Positions 25,382 to 39,159 of a stretch of 64,000 nucleotides of DNA are shown here, piece by piece (the first letter of the stretch is position 1; every line of letters starts with the position of its first letter). Both the position numbers and the translations under genes were made by a program. Below the pieces are notes generated by a model, which saw only the letters and a list, made by a program, of their open reading frames with translations, was not told where the DNA came from and ran no database searches. Source of the stretch: Eledone cirrhosa (taxonomy: Eukaryota); NCBI GenBank assembly GCA_964016885.1, contig OZ024741.1:35712001-35776000 (forward strand), read 5' to 3'.

Positions 25382-25572
25382 GGGCGGTGGATGGCAGTAT
25401 CGGGAGAGGGTCGGACGCCATGCTTTGCAGCAAAGAGTTACGGCCTTTTTTGGTCTGAGTTCAAATCTCTCCGAGGTTAACTTTGTCTTTCATCCTTACG
25501 GGGTCGATAAAAGAAAGTACCAGTAATGTACTGGGTAATTTGCTGGCCTTGTGCCAAAAGTAGAAACAATTA
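25382..25572 (+). mobile_element. Family-A SINE with TSD
   Basis: Full head and core. TSD ATTATATTTCTAATAA on both sides. Confidence 0.9.
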
Positions 25573-25603
25573 TATTTCTAATAAAAGACACTGTCTGTGA
25601 TTA

Positions 25604-27412
25604 CACCGTGCAACATATTTTTTGTTCCTCGGTTCTAAGTGTCATTTACTGGTTTGTTATATCCCATTATTATAAAAAAAACTATTATTTAATCAGATGT
25701 TTGGGTTTGTGGTCAGGAGTTTGATATTTCGAAATTTTCATATTTTTCAAGAAAAAACACATTTTTTTTAAATTTATCAGTTCATATAATTAAATCAGCA
25801 GAGTATATATTTATTTTATTACACAAGCTTATCAAAAGCAAACAAGTAAAAACAAATAACACTTATAAAGCAACTTATACACGTCAGAAATGACTGGATT
25901 TCCTAGATTTGTCGTTGTAGTCCAGGTCGCATTCCCACACTAGGCCCCAGATATAGTCCTCCATCATTTTTTCATTGTAGTGGCCCTGGTACCTCCGCTC
26001 TATCTCTTTCACATCTTGGTTGAATCGTTCGCCTTGTTCTTCTGAGTAGGTGCCCATATTGTCTTTGAATTTTTCCAGGTGAGCGTCCAGCATATGGAGT
26101 TTAAGCAACATCCTGCATCCCATGGCTACAAAAGCCTTTATCAGATCCTGCACCAATTGCTGGTAGTTTTCAGCTCTGTAGTTGCCCAGGAAGCCCTTAA
26201 CAACTGCTTTGAAACAGTTCCATGCTGTTCTCTCAATCCTATTGAGCTTATTGGAGAACTCGATAGACTCAAACACCTTCTTTATCTGGAGGTCCAACAA
26301 AAATTCTACCTTTGATTTTGGCCTCAGATAACTTGGGGAAGAACTCAAGAAGGTACTTAAAAGTGGCTGATTCTTGGTTGAGAGCCTTCACAAACTGCTT
26401 CATCAACCCCAACTTAATGTGCAGTGGCAGCATGAGCACAATCCTGGGATCAACCAGTGGCTCCCACATGACGTTCCAGGTCCCAACTACAAATTCTGTT
26501 CGCTGCTCCCAGTTCTTTCTTTTGTAGTGGTCAGAGGTGGCTCTGCTGTCCCAAAGGCAGAGGAAGCATTGGAATTTGATAAAGCCTCCTTGGAGTCCAA
26601 GCAGGAAAGCCACCATCTTGAAGTCTCCAATGATTTCCTAATTGTACTGGTTGTATTGCAGAGCTTCCAATAGGACTTTCACACTGTAGTAATCTTCCTT
26701 CAGGCAGACTGAATGAGCTAGGGGAAGTGTCGGGAACTTGTTTCCATTGTGGAGGAGGACAGCCTTCAAACTTGTGGTGGAGCTGTCTATAAATAGCTGC
26801 CACTCCTTGGGCACAAATGACACCCCAATAACGTCAAACAGTCCAGGCACGTCATGGCAGAAACAGAGGCCATCCCTAACAGTGTAAAAGCCTGAGAAAG
26901 ACTTCTCTGATTTGTCACCTGAGAAAGACTTCTCTGACTTGTCACCTGCACTTTCTCCTTGACCAAGTTCCACTGCTTCATCTTGGAGACGAATAGCTCT
27001 GCATTGGACTTGGTCAGACCCATATCCCTGACCAAGTCATTGACTTCTTTTTGGTTTGGGAAGTGAGGAACTTTTTCTGGTACCCCAGTATCAATAAATC
27101 TCTTTAATCCACTTTTTAACAATTTTATACTTTATTGCACTTTTATAATTTTCTTTAGGTATTACTCTTTATTTTATAATTTTAATTTAACCTGAAACAT
27201 ATATTAAAAAAATCATTTAACATAAGCAAATTAAACTTACATACAACGTAAAATCCAGCATACAAATAATTCTAGTGAATAGCTTAGAATTTTTACAAAC
27301 CCAAACTTTTAACTGTTTAATAGCACTTTTTTTATTTATTTATACCTAACCAACACAAATAAAAGTGATTACAAACCAGAAACAAAGAAAAAAATGTTTT
27401 TGTTACATGGTG
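25604..27412 (-). mobile_element. Chapaev3-like (CMC) DNA transposon with decayed transposase
   Basis: Termini CACCGTGCAACA / TGTTACATGGTG with 3-bp TSD TTA (25601-03, 27413-15). Motifs WQLFIDSSTTSLKAVLLHNGN, LLGLQGGFIKFQCFLCLWDSRA, PLHIKLGLMKQFVKAL, KLHMLDAHL..SEEQGERF. Frameshifted, with a 27-bp internal duplication at ~26891-26948. Confidence 0.88.
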
Positions 27413-27419
27413 TTATCAA

Positions 27420-27556
27420 ATAATTGTTTCTACTTTTGGCACAAGGCCAGCAATTATCCCAGTGCATTACTGGTACTTTATTTTATCGACCCCGTAAGGA
27501 TGAAAGGCAAAGTTAACCTAGGCGGGATTTGAACTCAGAATGGCAAGAGCCGTAAT
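27420..27556 (-). mobile_element. Family-A SINE, head-truncated
   Basis: Core and tail match the other family-A copies. Confidence 0.8.
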
Positions 27557-27560
27557 GTTT

Positions 27561-27755
27561 TAAAGTAAGACTTTCGAAGGATGAAATTCCGTTATAATGA
27601 AATTAACAAGGTATAAAAAAAATTTGTTGTAATGAAAAATTCTTTATAACGAGATTGACCTAACACATCGAACCTGTAACTGGAGATTGAAAAATGTTTC
27701 GTTATACTGAAAAATTTGTTATAATGGTATTCGTTATAACAGAATTTTACCTGTA
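27561..27755. mobile_element. Old Tc1/pogo-like MITE
   Basis: Repeated TTCGTTATAA-type motifs in both orientations; ends in CTG|TA. Confidence 0.45.
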
Positions 27756-28877
27756 TAACTTTCTCGTTATTTATTTAGAACATAAATACTCTTACATTAC
27801 ATTATTTTGGCAGGTTTTTTAGATAAATATAAACACTTTAACCCTTTCATTACCATATTTCAAATGAAAGACACTACATATGATTCTCCATCTAATGCCA
27901 AAAAGACTGTCAGTTTCCTGAGAAACATGGCATGGACACACAAAGGTTGTGTATCTCGAGACCCCAAATGGGGTTCAAAAGGAAGCAAATGTTAACAAAA
28001 AAAAGATAAATATAAACCCTTTAAAAAACAAACAGTTTTATACCATAAAATCAAGAGAGGTTTCAGGTGGTTTGATATCAAAAAGGTTAAACTGGATTTT
28101 GATCCAAGTTTGAATCTTAATTTTAGGTTTTCCCACATTCCTCTTCAAGTTGGTTTATAAAATTTAGAATTTCAAAATAAAAATTGTCATGTAGGAAGAT
28201 GAGGGAAGTTCGGCAGAAAAGAAAAAAAAACAAAAATTGCCATTGTTGAATACAATGGTTAGTAGTAGAGAACTAGCCTTTATGGAGTCAATTTACTAGC
28301 AGCCAAATCTTAAAATTACACCATACTATCTTTAAACTTTTTGTTACAATATTTCTAATGAAAGATATTGCCTTAATTTTGAAAATAATCAAGAATTTGG
28401 AGAGATTTCATAACATTATTAATCTGATGTTTAGAACATAATAAAAATTCTTACATAAAATTATGGTTTTATAAAATAAACAGTTTTGTAGGACAAAAAC
28501 AGTGATGGTTTTAGGTGGATTAGTATCAAAAGAATTAAAAAGTAGGATATATTAGATAATGTAGTTCTACATACATTATGTCTAGAAAATAAAAATAGAG
28601 ATGATTATGGCTGCAATGTGTTTGACCATATATCAGGTAGACCAGCAACATTAGTAATCATCATCATTGTTCCACTGCAGTTGCAGATAGACACAATCTT
28701 CCTCCACACCTTGTAGCAATCATAATCAGTTCTGGTCCCATGGTTAGGGGATTAGCTCTAATTAGGATTTGAATCTCTAGGCTGAATTTGAACTTAGAAT
28801 GTAAAGCATCATATCCGACTCCTCTAACAATTGCACCAATCCACCATGATGGACTAATACTATATTTTGTTAAATCT

Positions 28878-29464
28878 GAAAGATTGAACGGCAAAGTTGA
28901 TCTAGGCGGAATTTGAACTCAGAGTGCAAACAGCAGGAACAAATTCTGTGAGATATTTTATCCAACACTATTACAACTCTGCCAAGTTGCCACCTTGTAG
29001 TAATATACTGCTATAATTAATGGTCTCAAATTAAGGCACAAGGTCAGCAATTCTGAGGAATGGGAAACAGTTGAATGCATCGATTCAAGTATTTAACCAA
29101 TACTTTATTTTATCAACTCTGGAAGGATGAAAGGTAAAGTTGACCTCAGTGGGATTTGAAATCTGAATCTAAAGAGTTGTAACTAAATGCTGCAAAGCAA
29201 TTTGTCAGATGCTCTATTGATTCTGCCAATCCATCGCCCTTATATACTGCTATAATTAATAAAGACATTACTAATAATTGTTTCTACTTTTGGCACAAAG
29301 CCAGCAATTACCCAGTGCATTACTGGTACTTTATTTTATTGACCCCGTAAGGATGAAAGGCAAAGTCAACCTCGGCGGGATTTGAACTCAGATCGTAAAG
29401 GGACGTAACTATGCTGGAAAGCATGGCGTCCGACCCTCTACCGATACTGCCAATCCACCGCCCT
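28878..29464 (-). mobile_element. Cluster of three family-A SINEs
   Basis: TSDs ATATACTGCTATAATTAAT (29003/29243) and CATTACTAATAAT (29266/29465). Confidence 0.85.
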
Positions 29465-30178
29465 CATTACTAATAATGAACTAATAAGATAAAATAAAAG
29501 GAAGAAGATATTAAAGTACATTTAATTCCTTAAATTTCCCTCCTTCCTGTTTTTCTAAGTTTCCATACTAAATCTTTTAGCTATCATATACACTCATGTA
29601 TAAGTTGTACCTTTATACATGAAAAAACTACATGGAAAAAAATAGCATGTGACTTATCTACTGGATCTACAAAACCTCAATTCAGGGTATATATGGTACA
29701 TTCTAAATATATGTAAAATGGAGGTGTGACTTACCTACCAGTGTGACCGTTATATTTATTTAACCCTTTTGACAACAAACAGCCTGAAACCATCCTTTGT
29801 TCTATGATGCAAAACTGTTTTTAAATATTTATATCTTTCTAAAATCCATCCAATATAAGAACGTTTGTTACGTTATGTTCCTACCTCTAGCTTAATAACA
29901 AGAAAGTTAGTTGTATTATTAAATACTTGATTATTTTCATTGGGGGGGGGGGGGTGTACAGGCAATCTCTTTCATGAGAAATATGGTAAGAAAAGAGTTG
30001 TTTCCAGTTCCATTTTATATCATCTATATTTGTGTAAATCATTTGTATTTGTGTATAGTAATATATTTAAAAGGCGGCTGAAACACAAAAGAACTGCAGG
30101 TAGCTATTGTAAATTGGTTGGAAACAGACATGTCTAAAGATATAAATTTTAAGCTGACATTAGTTGGTATTATGATAA

Positions 30179-30367
30179 AGGGCGGTGAATTGGCAGTATC
30201 AGTAGAGGGTAGGATATGCTTTCCAGCATAGTTACGACCCTTTACGATCTGAGTTCAATTCCCGCCGAGGTTTACTTTGCCTTTCATCCTTACGGGGTCG
30301 ATAAAATAAAGTACCAGTAATGTACTGGGATAATTGCTGGCCTTGTGCCAAAAGTAGAAACAATTAT
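30179..30367 (+). mobile_element. Family-A SINE with TSD
   Basis: TSD ATTATGATAAA. Closely similar inverted partner of 29274-29464. Confidence 0.9.
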
Positions 30368-30796
30368 GATAAATGAATGCTAAACAATGTTATAGATTCT
30401 ACTTTTCAAATGGTGTGCTGTTAGGATGCAGCTGAAAGATGCTCAAGTTACACTGGAGTCATTCAGAGCTGAGAAGAAATTTTTAAAATCTCAGGCCTCA
30501 AGTACAAAACCTTCATCGACTGACATCTATCTTAGAATAGATTCGAGTTGTTTTGCAAGATGTTTCTTATAATGACTTCAGTATCACCTTTGACTATTTT
30601 CATTTAAATCAAATAATAGATTACTCTAGGGCTATGCAATAGAAGTGTGTTAAAAAGTGGTGTCTACTATATCATGATTTATGAGTTATTCATACTGAGA
30701 AACCTCACAAAGTCTTATAAATGCGATGTCAAATTATCTCCTAGGAGCTTTCTATGAAGGACCACATATTGATCATAACTATTGTTAACAATTTAA

Positions 30797-32577
30797 TTGA
30801 AGGTCACAGAAAAAGTAATAGCGCAACTAATCAGAGAACGAATTGATCTAGATGAAATGCAGTTCGGGTTTGTGTCAGGTAAAAGTACCACAGACGCTCT
30901 TTTCTTTGTACGCCAACTACAGGAGAAGTACCTAGCTAAAAGTAAACCCCTATACTTAGCTTTTGTTGACTTGGAGAAAGCCTTTGACATAGTCCCCCGC
31001 TCCATTATCTGGTGGGCGCTTAGAAAACTAGGTGTTGAGGAATGGCTTCTGAGAGCTATACAAGCCATGTATAAAGAAAGAGTTAGCAAGGTTAGAATTA
31101 ACAACGAATATAGTGAAGAGTTTAGTGTAAAAGTTGGTGTTCATCAGGGCTCCGTTCTTAGCCCCCTACTATTTATTATTGCCCTTCAGGCTATAACAGA
31201 GGAGTTCAAGACTGGCTGTCCATGGGAACTCCTATATGCAGATGATCTAACGCTCATAGCTGAATCAATGGCTGAACTAGAGAAGTAATTCCAAACATGG
31301 AAGCATGGCCTAGAATCAAAAGGCCTTAAAGTTAACTTGTCTAAGACTAAAGTTCTAGTTTGTAGGAAGGAAAATAGGGTACCGGTCCCATCTGGGAAAT
31401 GGCCATGCTCAGTGTGTAGGAAAGGAGCAGGCAGAAACTCCATTTTATGTCCCAAATGCAAAGTATGGGTGCATAAAAGATGTAGTGGGATCACAGGTAA
31501 GCTAACTAAGAATATAGATTTTATATGTGGCCGGTGCTCTGGTGCAATAAGTAGCAGCAAGTGCCCACAAAATACTAGCTCATTCCATTGCACAGAGGGT
31601 TCCATAGAAATAGTGGCCAGCTTCCGTTACCTGGGTGACAAAATCAGCAGTGGGGGAGGGTGCTCTGAAAGTACAGTAGCTAGAGTCAGAACGGGATGGA
31701 AACAGTTCAGAGAGCTTATACCACTATTGGCCGCTAAAGGGTTCTCTCTAAAAATGAAAAGCAGGCTGTATGATGCCTGAATACGAACAGCAATGTTACA
31801 TGGCAGTGAGACCTGGGCATTGTGTGCAGAGGATATACGCCGACTGGAGAAAAACGAAGCTTGCATGCTCCGCTGGATGTGTAATAGTAATATACGTGAA
31901 CGGCAAAGCATAAACGAACTAAGGGAAAAATTAGGAATAAGAGGGATCAGATGTTGTTTACTCGAGAGAAGACTACGTTGGTACGGTCACGTGATGCGCA
32001 TGAAAGACGACAGCTGTATAAAAAAGTGCAGGGCGATAAAAATAGACGGTAGCCACGGAGTAGGCAGACCCAGAAAAACCTGGGACGACTTGATAAATTC
32101 TGACCTCACACACTTGCACCTCTCCAAGACAATGTCACTGGACCAAGATCTTAGGCACTACACAGTCATACAGAAGACCCGCCTTGCCTAAGTACAAAGC
32201 TAAACCTACAGTCAGTAGGCACTTCTAAAAATACACCCCCATCCCACTACCCCCACCCCATCCACACCACCCCCTTAAATGTGAAGTTATGTTGGTACCA
32301 CAACATCCAGTCCGAAACAAATGAGGTCGTGTAGGTGTCACGACAAAAAAAACACACAGTCCATGCTGTAATGTGGCCGTGTAGGTAACACGGTAAAAAC
32401 CTCCCAGTCCACACTGTAAACGTGGTTGGTGTTAGGAAGGGCATCCAGCCGTAGAAAACCCGCCAGACAGTCCTATGCGAGCAGGACAACAAATCTTGCC
32501 TCAAGTGGGAAAACTCCCGTCCAAACTCATGCAAGCGTGGAAGATGGACGTTAAACGATGATGATGATGATGATGAT
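30797..32577 (+). mobile_element. RTE-clade LINE, 5'-truncated, young subfamily
   Basis: RT (QFGF, FVDLEKAFD, GVHQGSVLSP, YADDL), Cys-rich CSVC..CPKC..HKRC..CGRC, LHGSETW. Two in-frame stops; (GAT)n tail. Confidence 0.95.
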
Positions 32578-32659
32578 ATGCTAAGATAATGATGTAGGGG
32601 TGGGATTGTCTTAGTCTTAGAATATTAAAGAAAAAATCTGAAGAAATAGGGCATGATAG

Positions 32660-32890
32660 GTATAGTCTTAGTCTTAGGTTCTTCCTCGCCTTTCGGCACA
32701 TCAAGCAGTATGTAGTCAACAATGGTCATGATCAGCGGTGGCTTTTTCACGGCAAAAGTGATGTTGGCTGTCATCAGGTCTTTTCAGAACGTTCATCGCC
32801 AGGTGAACCTGGGTAACCCCGCCTTTGTTTGCCGCCAGGTGATGTCCAGTTCATTGTTGTTTTCGAGTGTCATTCATTGGACAGGTATAG
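32660..32890 (-). mobile_element. Old RTE-like LINE 3' fragment
   Basis: Minus strand gives a degenerate GLPRFTW..KDL..CAERRGRT* followed by TAAGACTAAGAC. Confidence 0.5.
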
Positions 32891-33347
32891 AGCCAGTGAT
32901 GAATGATGTGAAGAGAAATGGGATAAGATGACTGGATCATGTGTTAAGGAAGGATGAAAGGAACTGAGTAAGAGGAGTGCTGCAGCTAGAGAAAGTGATG
33001 TATACTGTGAAATAAAAAGGAATGAGATAATTGGTTATGTGTATAAGGATGTTGAGAAAGAAAATCAAGAAAGACATGGTTAAAGATAATGGAGGAGGAA
33101 GAAATGGAAACCAGGAGAATGGAGGGGGGGGGGGCTTGCAAATGATAAAATATAATGGAGAAGCAAGTCAAGGGCCCCCACAAGGCTAACTCTTGCTTTA
33201 GCAAGGATAATGGCCATAAAATGGTTGTTGTTGTTGTCATTGTTGTTGAGTTGTATTGAAGAAATAGTAGCTGGCATTACAGAAGTCTGGTTCTAACAAC
33301 ATTTAAGAGGCTGCTACTAAACAAAAAAAAATTATATATATATAAAC

Positions 33348-33431
33348 ACAGTGTCATTGAAAGTCATCATCATCATCGTTGTCATCATTTAACGGATGTT
33401 GAACGATGATGATGATTTTCAATGACACTGT
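33348..33431. repeat. Fold-back inverted repeat containing a (GAT)n LINE tail
   Basis: ACAGTGTCATTGAAAGTCATCATCATCATCGTT versus AACGATGATGATGATTTTCAATGACACTGT. Confidence 0.85.
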
Positions 33432-33569
33432 ATAATAACTCAAGAGGAAACTTAAAGAGACACTTATTAGATGTGATATTTAGTATGAAATTACATAACA
33501 AGTTTGATGATAATTGTTTTTGTTTTGTGTTTTTGCCTTTCATTGGTACAGACATAATAGCAACTACAG

Positions 33570-33720
33570 GCATAATAGCTGTGTAGTTAAGAGGTCCTCT
33601 TTGCAACTACATGGTTTTAGTTTCAATTTCCTTGCACAGCACCATGAGCAAGTGCCATTTGCTATGGCCTCAAGATGATCCAATATACCTTGTGAGTGAA
33701 ATTTGGTAGAGGGAAATGGT
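33570..33720 (+). mobile_element. tRNA-derived SINE, family C (degenerate)
   Basis: GCTGTGTAGTTAAG head and CCTTGTGAGTGAAATTTGGTAGA. Related pieces at ~36960-37120(-), 54095-54210(-) and 63925-64000(+). Confidence 0.6.
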
Positions 33721-34645
33721 TTAGAATAGGTAAACCATATCCTTACATATCGTAAAAAGCAACTAAAAGAATTGGTGTCAGGAAGTGCATTTGGTTGTAA
33801 AACATTGCTTCAAAATGTCCCATCCAACCCATGCGAGCAGAGAAGAGTCAATGATATACATACATACATATACACACACACACACATATATATATATACA
33901 CACACACAACACACACATAAAATAACTAACTTGGCACACACACACACACACACAAATACACTCACCTTTGCCAAGTTATTTATTTTATTAAATTCCTGCG
34001 ATTTTTTTTATTTTCAAAATAAATTGAAACACATAGTTGTGTATTTCATTAGAAATACGATGATAAAGGTGTTAAAGACACCTGGGGTGAGTCTTTGTTT
34101 AGATACAAAGACACGACAAGCAAGAGGTGTCAAACATCACAGTCAATTCTCTCATTTTGTTGAATTAATTCACTCTTGGGATTTCAGTTAGCAAGTAGGG
34201 TTACACATTTACTAATGCCTCAAGGAGGTCGTGTGGTGGTGGTGGCTGCTGTTGTTTTGATGGTAGTGGTGGTAGTGAATGTGGCTGTGGTAGTGCTGAT
34301 GGTGTTAGTGAGGATGGTGGTGGTGGTCGTGATTGTGGTGGTGGTGGTAAGGGTTATCAGGATGGTTGTGGTACCAGAGAATGAAGAGAATAATTATATC
34401 CCAGCTTAAAGCTAGATTACCTTTTGTACAACTAACAGCAGATATTGTTGCATAACTTTTCATAAATCCTTATTAGCTTGACTTTTATTGGCTGGCAGGC
34501 TGGCAAGTTTCTCAGCCTCAGCTTTATAACCTTCTTACAAAAACAAAGATACAAAGCTTTCATTTGCTCTAGGGCATTTATCAAAGATGTCAATAACACC
34601 TCAACCACCTGATTATATATATATATGTGTATATATATATATACA

Positions 34646-34725
34646 CAGGGTGTCCCAAAATTGTATGCACACACTTTGATTTAGAATATTGGTGAAGTAT
34701 GTATACATAATTTTGGGACACCCTA
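34646..34725. mobile_element. 80-bp Tc1/mariner-type MITE
   Basis: TIRs CAGGGTGTCCCAAAATT / AATTTTGGGACACCCTA, inside a (TA)n tract. Confidence 0.75.
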
Positions 34726-35158
34726 TACATATATATATATATATATATGGCCTAGTGGTAAGAGTGTTGGACTTTTTATCATAATGCCACGGGTTTGATT
34801 CCTGGGCTGGGTTGTGTGTTGTACTCTTGAGTAAAACGATTCAATTCACGTTGCTTCAGTATACTCAGCTGAAAATAAGTACCAGCAATAGCTGGGGGTT
34901 TAACACTGCGATGGACTGGAGTCTTGTCTAGAGGGAGCCTTGTACTCTAAGTTGCTTCATGCTACAAAACTGGGATAATCGCCGGCCTAACAAGCCTTCT
35001 ATATAATATAAAAAGTTGTGATCCGACTCTTTACAATACATATATAAACTTCAACATGATTTCATATGAATGAAACAGTTTAGTCCTTAAATCATTTTTA
35101 TATATAATGAAGATGACTATACTCTACCAATGTATGGTTACCCTCCAATACAATCTAC

Positions 35159-35654
35159 ATGCCTTGCAGCAAAGAGTTACGGCCCTTTATGGTCTGAGTT
35201 CAAAACCCGCCAAGGTTAACTTTGACTTTCATCCTTACGGGGTCGATTAAATAAAGTACCAGTAATACACTGGGATAATTGCTGGCTTTGTGCCAAAAAT
35301 AGAAACAATTATGAGAGAGAGAGAAAGCTTATGTTGGGTTGTAAATTTTTATAAGTATAAGAATAAACAACAAACCTTTACTGATGGGATGATTCCAAAC
35401 ATGTAGCAGATTTGTATTTATTATATATACACCTAGAGTGGTGGATTGGCAGTATCAGTGAAGGGTTGGACGCCATGCTTTGCAGCACAGAGTTACGCCC
35501 CTTTACGGTCTGGGTTCAAATCCCGCCGAGGTTAGCTTCACCTTTCATCCTTACAGGGTCGATAAAATAAAGACCAGTAATGCACTGGGGTCGATTTAAT
35601 CGACTTTCCCCTCCGCCCAAATTACTGGCCTTGTGCCTATAGTAGAAATCATTA
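35159..35654 (+). mobile_element. Two family-A SINEs
   Basis: The second copy (35436-35654) has a TSD of about ATTATATATACACCT. Confidence 0.85.
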
Positions 35655-38600
35655 TATATACACCTTAGTTGACTGGTAGAATTTCACCAAGCCAACAAGC
35701 TAATTTATCTATTGTATGAATACTTCCTGTGAAGTATATTTGAGTTCTGACAACCCTCTACATAATTAGATGTGTCACTGGTGACATACAATATAATATT
35801 TAATTGTTTGTTAATTGACTTCATTATTTTCATGCAACTAACGAAATTTAATTAATCTGTCTAGAAACATTAAACTGTGTGTCACCAATGTGAAAAGTTT
35901 GAAAAGATCTGATCTAGCTCATCATCATCATCATTTAACATCCACTTTCCCTGCTAGCAAGAGTTGTATGGGTCTTCATAGACCAAGTTAGTACTGAAAC
36001 AGGACTACTGGCCTCACAAACAGGTCAAGGGTTCACATATTGTTTACATACAGTTCCACATTCTACCGAGTGTATTTTATCATAGCACCAGCACTAGAGA
36101 GGTTATCATGTCCTTGACACAACTGACACACGTTTGGCAAACAGTCTGCAGCTGCCCTTCTTATCACCAACCACTTTACAGCATGTACTAGATGCATTTG
36201 TAAAACTTAAAATGTTATAATGGTGATCATGGATCCTTCATTGGCTTTGAAAATGTCAGTCAGTAGCTCATTCAACTGAACATCCAACTCATGAACAAAT
36301 CTGTAAATGGCTGAGTATTCCATAGACCATGTACTTTTAACCTTTTCATAACAAACTGCCAGGAACTGCCCCTGGTTCGATGACTGTTTATTTAAAATGT
36401 TATATTTATCTAAAAACCTATTATAATTTTATGTAAGAGCCTTTGTAATGTTATGTTCAAAGCATCATCATCATTTAACACCTATTTTCCATGCCTGCAT
36501 GGGTCAGACAGGTTGTCATGTTATGAGACATGTCAGGTCAGATAACTATGTCTTGTTCATATAAAACTGTCTCTGGTTTGGTTTCTATTGCTGGATGCTT
36601 TTTATCATGGCATCAAAACGATCATCTGACAGGCTGGACTGGGTGCTTTTTCATCTTGGTACCAGCACAACCACCTGCAGCATGTACTGGGCGCTTTTTG
36701 TCATGTCACCAGCATGACCACCTTACAGAGTGGACTGAATGCTTTTTGTCGTGTCACCAGCACAACCATCTTACAGGGTGGACTGGGAGTTTTTTGTCTA
36801 GTTATATTATTAAAACCCTTCAAATATTTTTAATACTTTAAAAATTATTTGAAAATCATAGGCTGTCTTATTAGAAAGATGGTAATAAAGGGGTTAACAT
36901 AATCCCTAGCTGAATCATTGTGACAAGGTAGAACCTTTGAATTACAGGCACAATCCATCTGATACGCTTTCATACAGTTTGTCTTCCCAATTTTACTCAC
37001 AAGACTTGGATTAAACTAAGGCTAGGATAAAGATACTTGCCTAAGATGCAATGCAATGGGATTGAACCTGAAACCTCATGGCTGCAAAGCAAACTTCTTT
37101 GTAATTCAGCCATGCCTGCATCTACAATGTTATACTGAAGGTGAGATACAGGAATAGTAAAAAAAGTTTCTTTTGACCGAATGTGAAGATATTCCAAGTG
37201 AGAGTTGTACAACTACTACAATATCAATTGTATATAGAATTGACCCTTTCATTACCATATTTCTGATGAGATATATATTGCCTTTATTTCCCAATTCATT
37301 TTAAAAACAGCTAGTGTTTAGGACATAAAATATTCCTAGATAAAACTATGATGGATAGTTTTAATGTATCCCCTTTAATACCAAACTGCCTGAAACCAGC
37401 TTTGGTTCTATAATATAAATCTGCTTGCTTTAAAGTGTTTACATTTATCCAAAAAAAACCTCCCTAGTTTTAATGTAACCCTGGTGATACTAAACTATTT
37501 GAAACCACCCCTGGTTTGCTTTAAAGTGTTTATATTTACCTTCCACCTTAATTTTGTATAAGAAACTCTGTTAAGTTATATTCCAGACACCAGTTTAGTA
37601 ATGAGAAAGATAATATATATTAATAAATTACTTTAAATTCTTGATTATTTTCAAAATTATTTGAACATCTTAATGTCTTATTATAAATATAGTATGAAAA
37701 AGGTGAAATATAAATGGCGGTGCTCCAACATGGCCTTCATCTGTCGGCTGGAATACATAATAGAGTAATAAGTGTTTTAAAATGGGTGGTTTTATATCAT
37801 AAACTTTGAGGTGGTCTTTGACAGGTTGGGGTGATAAGGGTTAATATGGGCTTAAAAAGTGAAGTATTTCACTGTAAAGACATGAAGATAACAGGCAGAT
37901 TTCATTGATAACACACAGTACAGTGGTTATAACTACAAAGTGCCAAGAGAGAGGCATGGGTTCAAGTCACACTGAGTGCTAAGATTTTTATTCTCTTTCA
38001 TCAGCACTTCAGGGATTAATGATTGTTGAAGTGTTCATGTGTGTTAGCATGGATGCACCACACATTAGAGTGCAAACTTTACCAACAAATCCTTTCTTCC
38101 TGTTCCTCATAAACTTTCTACTGTTGTGATGAGAGAGAGCGAGAGAGATACAGACTCTATTAAAGATGATGATGCAAAACAGAATACAATTTTCAGGGTC
38201 AGGAGATTTGGAGAGAAAGAAAGAAGAAAATTAATTTGATATAATAAATTATATGCATGTTGTAATGCATAACAGAACACTGAGATAAAAAGAGAAACAC
38301 ACGTAGAGAGAGAGAGGGAGGGAGAGAGAGAGAGATAGAGAGAATGAGGGATAGAGAGGCTAAAATAAGAAGAAAAAGGTTTATTAAAAATTTGAACCAC
38401 CATTTACATTAATTGAAGTGTTGCTCAGACAACAATTATATTTCTTTTGTATTAAGTTTTATATATTTACAGCAAACTTTAGTAATATACTGACACATGT
38501 TAATACAATATTGATCTCTAATTTCCTAACGTCATATATTTAGAAGGATTCCAATAGCCAGTTATCCATCCATCTAGGAACCCTTCCACTTTAATTCATC

Positions 38601-39159
38601 CATTGTTGAGGATATAAACTCCATAGACATTATCCCCAGTCCTTCACATGATACATATAAATAACTTTTAACATATATATGAATCACTGTTAATTTTGAC
38701 AATGTTGGCTCATTAGATGATTAATATAACCAGTGCAAATATATTTGACTGGCTAAGTACAACAATATCCAAATCAACATACAATTTCATCCCCAAAATC
38801 TTGCAAAACAAATACAAAAACAAATGAGCCATCAATAAAGTTAACTCTAATAAGAAACAGGGAAGCCTCTACAGATTGGTGTTACCTGCTAGAAATAGCA
38901 GCCAAATCTCCCTCAAATCATAACATACTATCTTTAAAAAAGAAAGCACATATTGAATAATGTAATCCTAGATACACTTTGTCTCAGAAAAGGTGAGCTG
39001 ATATTCACTGGAATACTTTTAATTATATATCAAGTAGATCAAGGATAATACCGGATTAACAAAAATAAAAAGCCTCCCTCCCCCTAAAAACATCACAATC
39101 ACAATCATAATAATAATTTCAGTAATTTAACTCCAAATAAAACTAAGAATAATACACAA

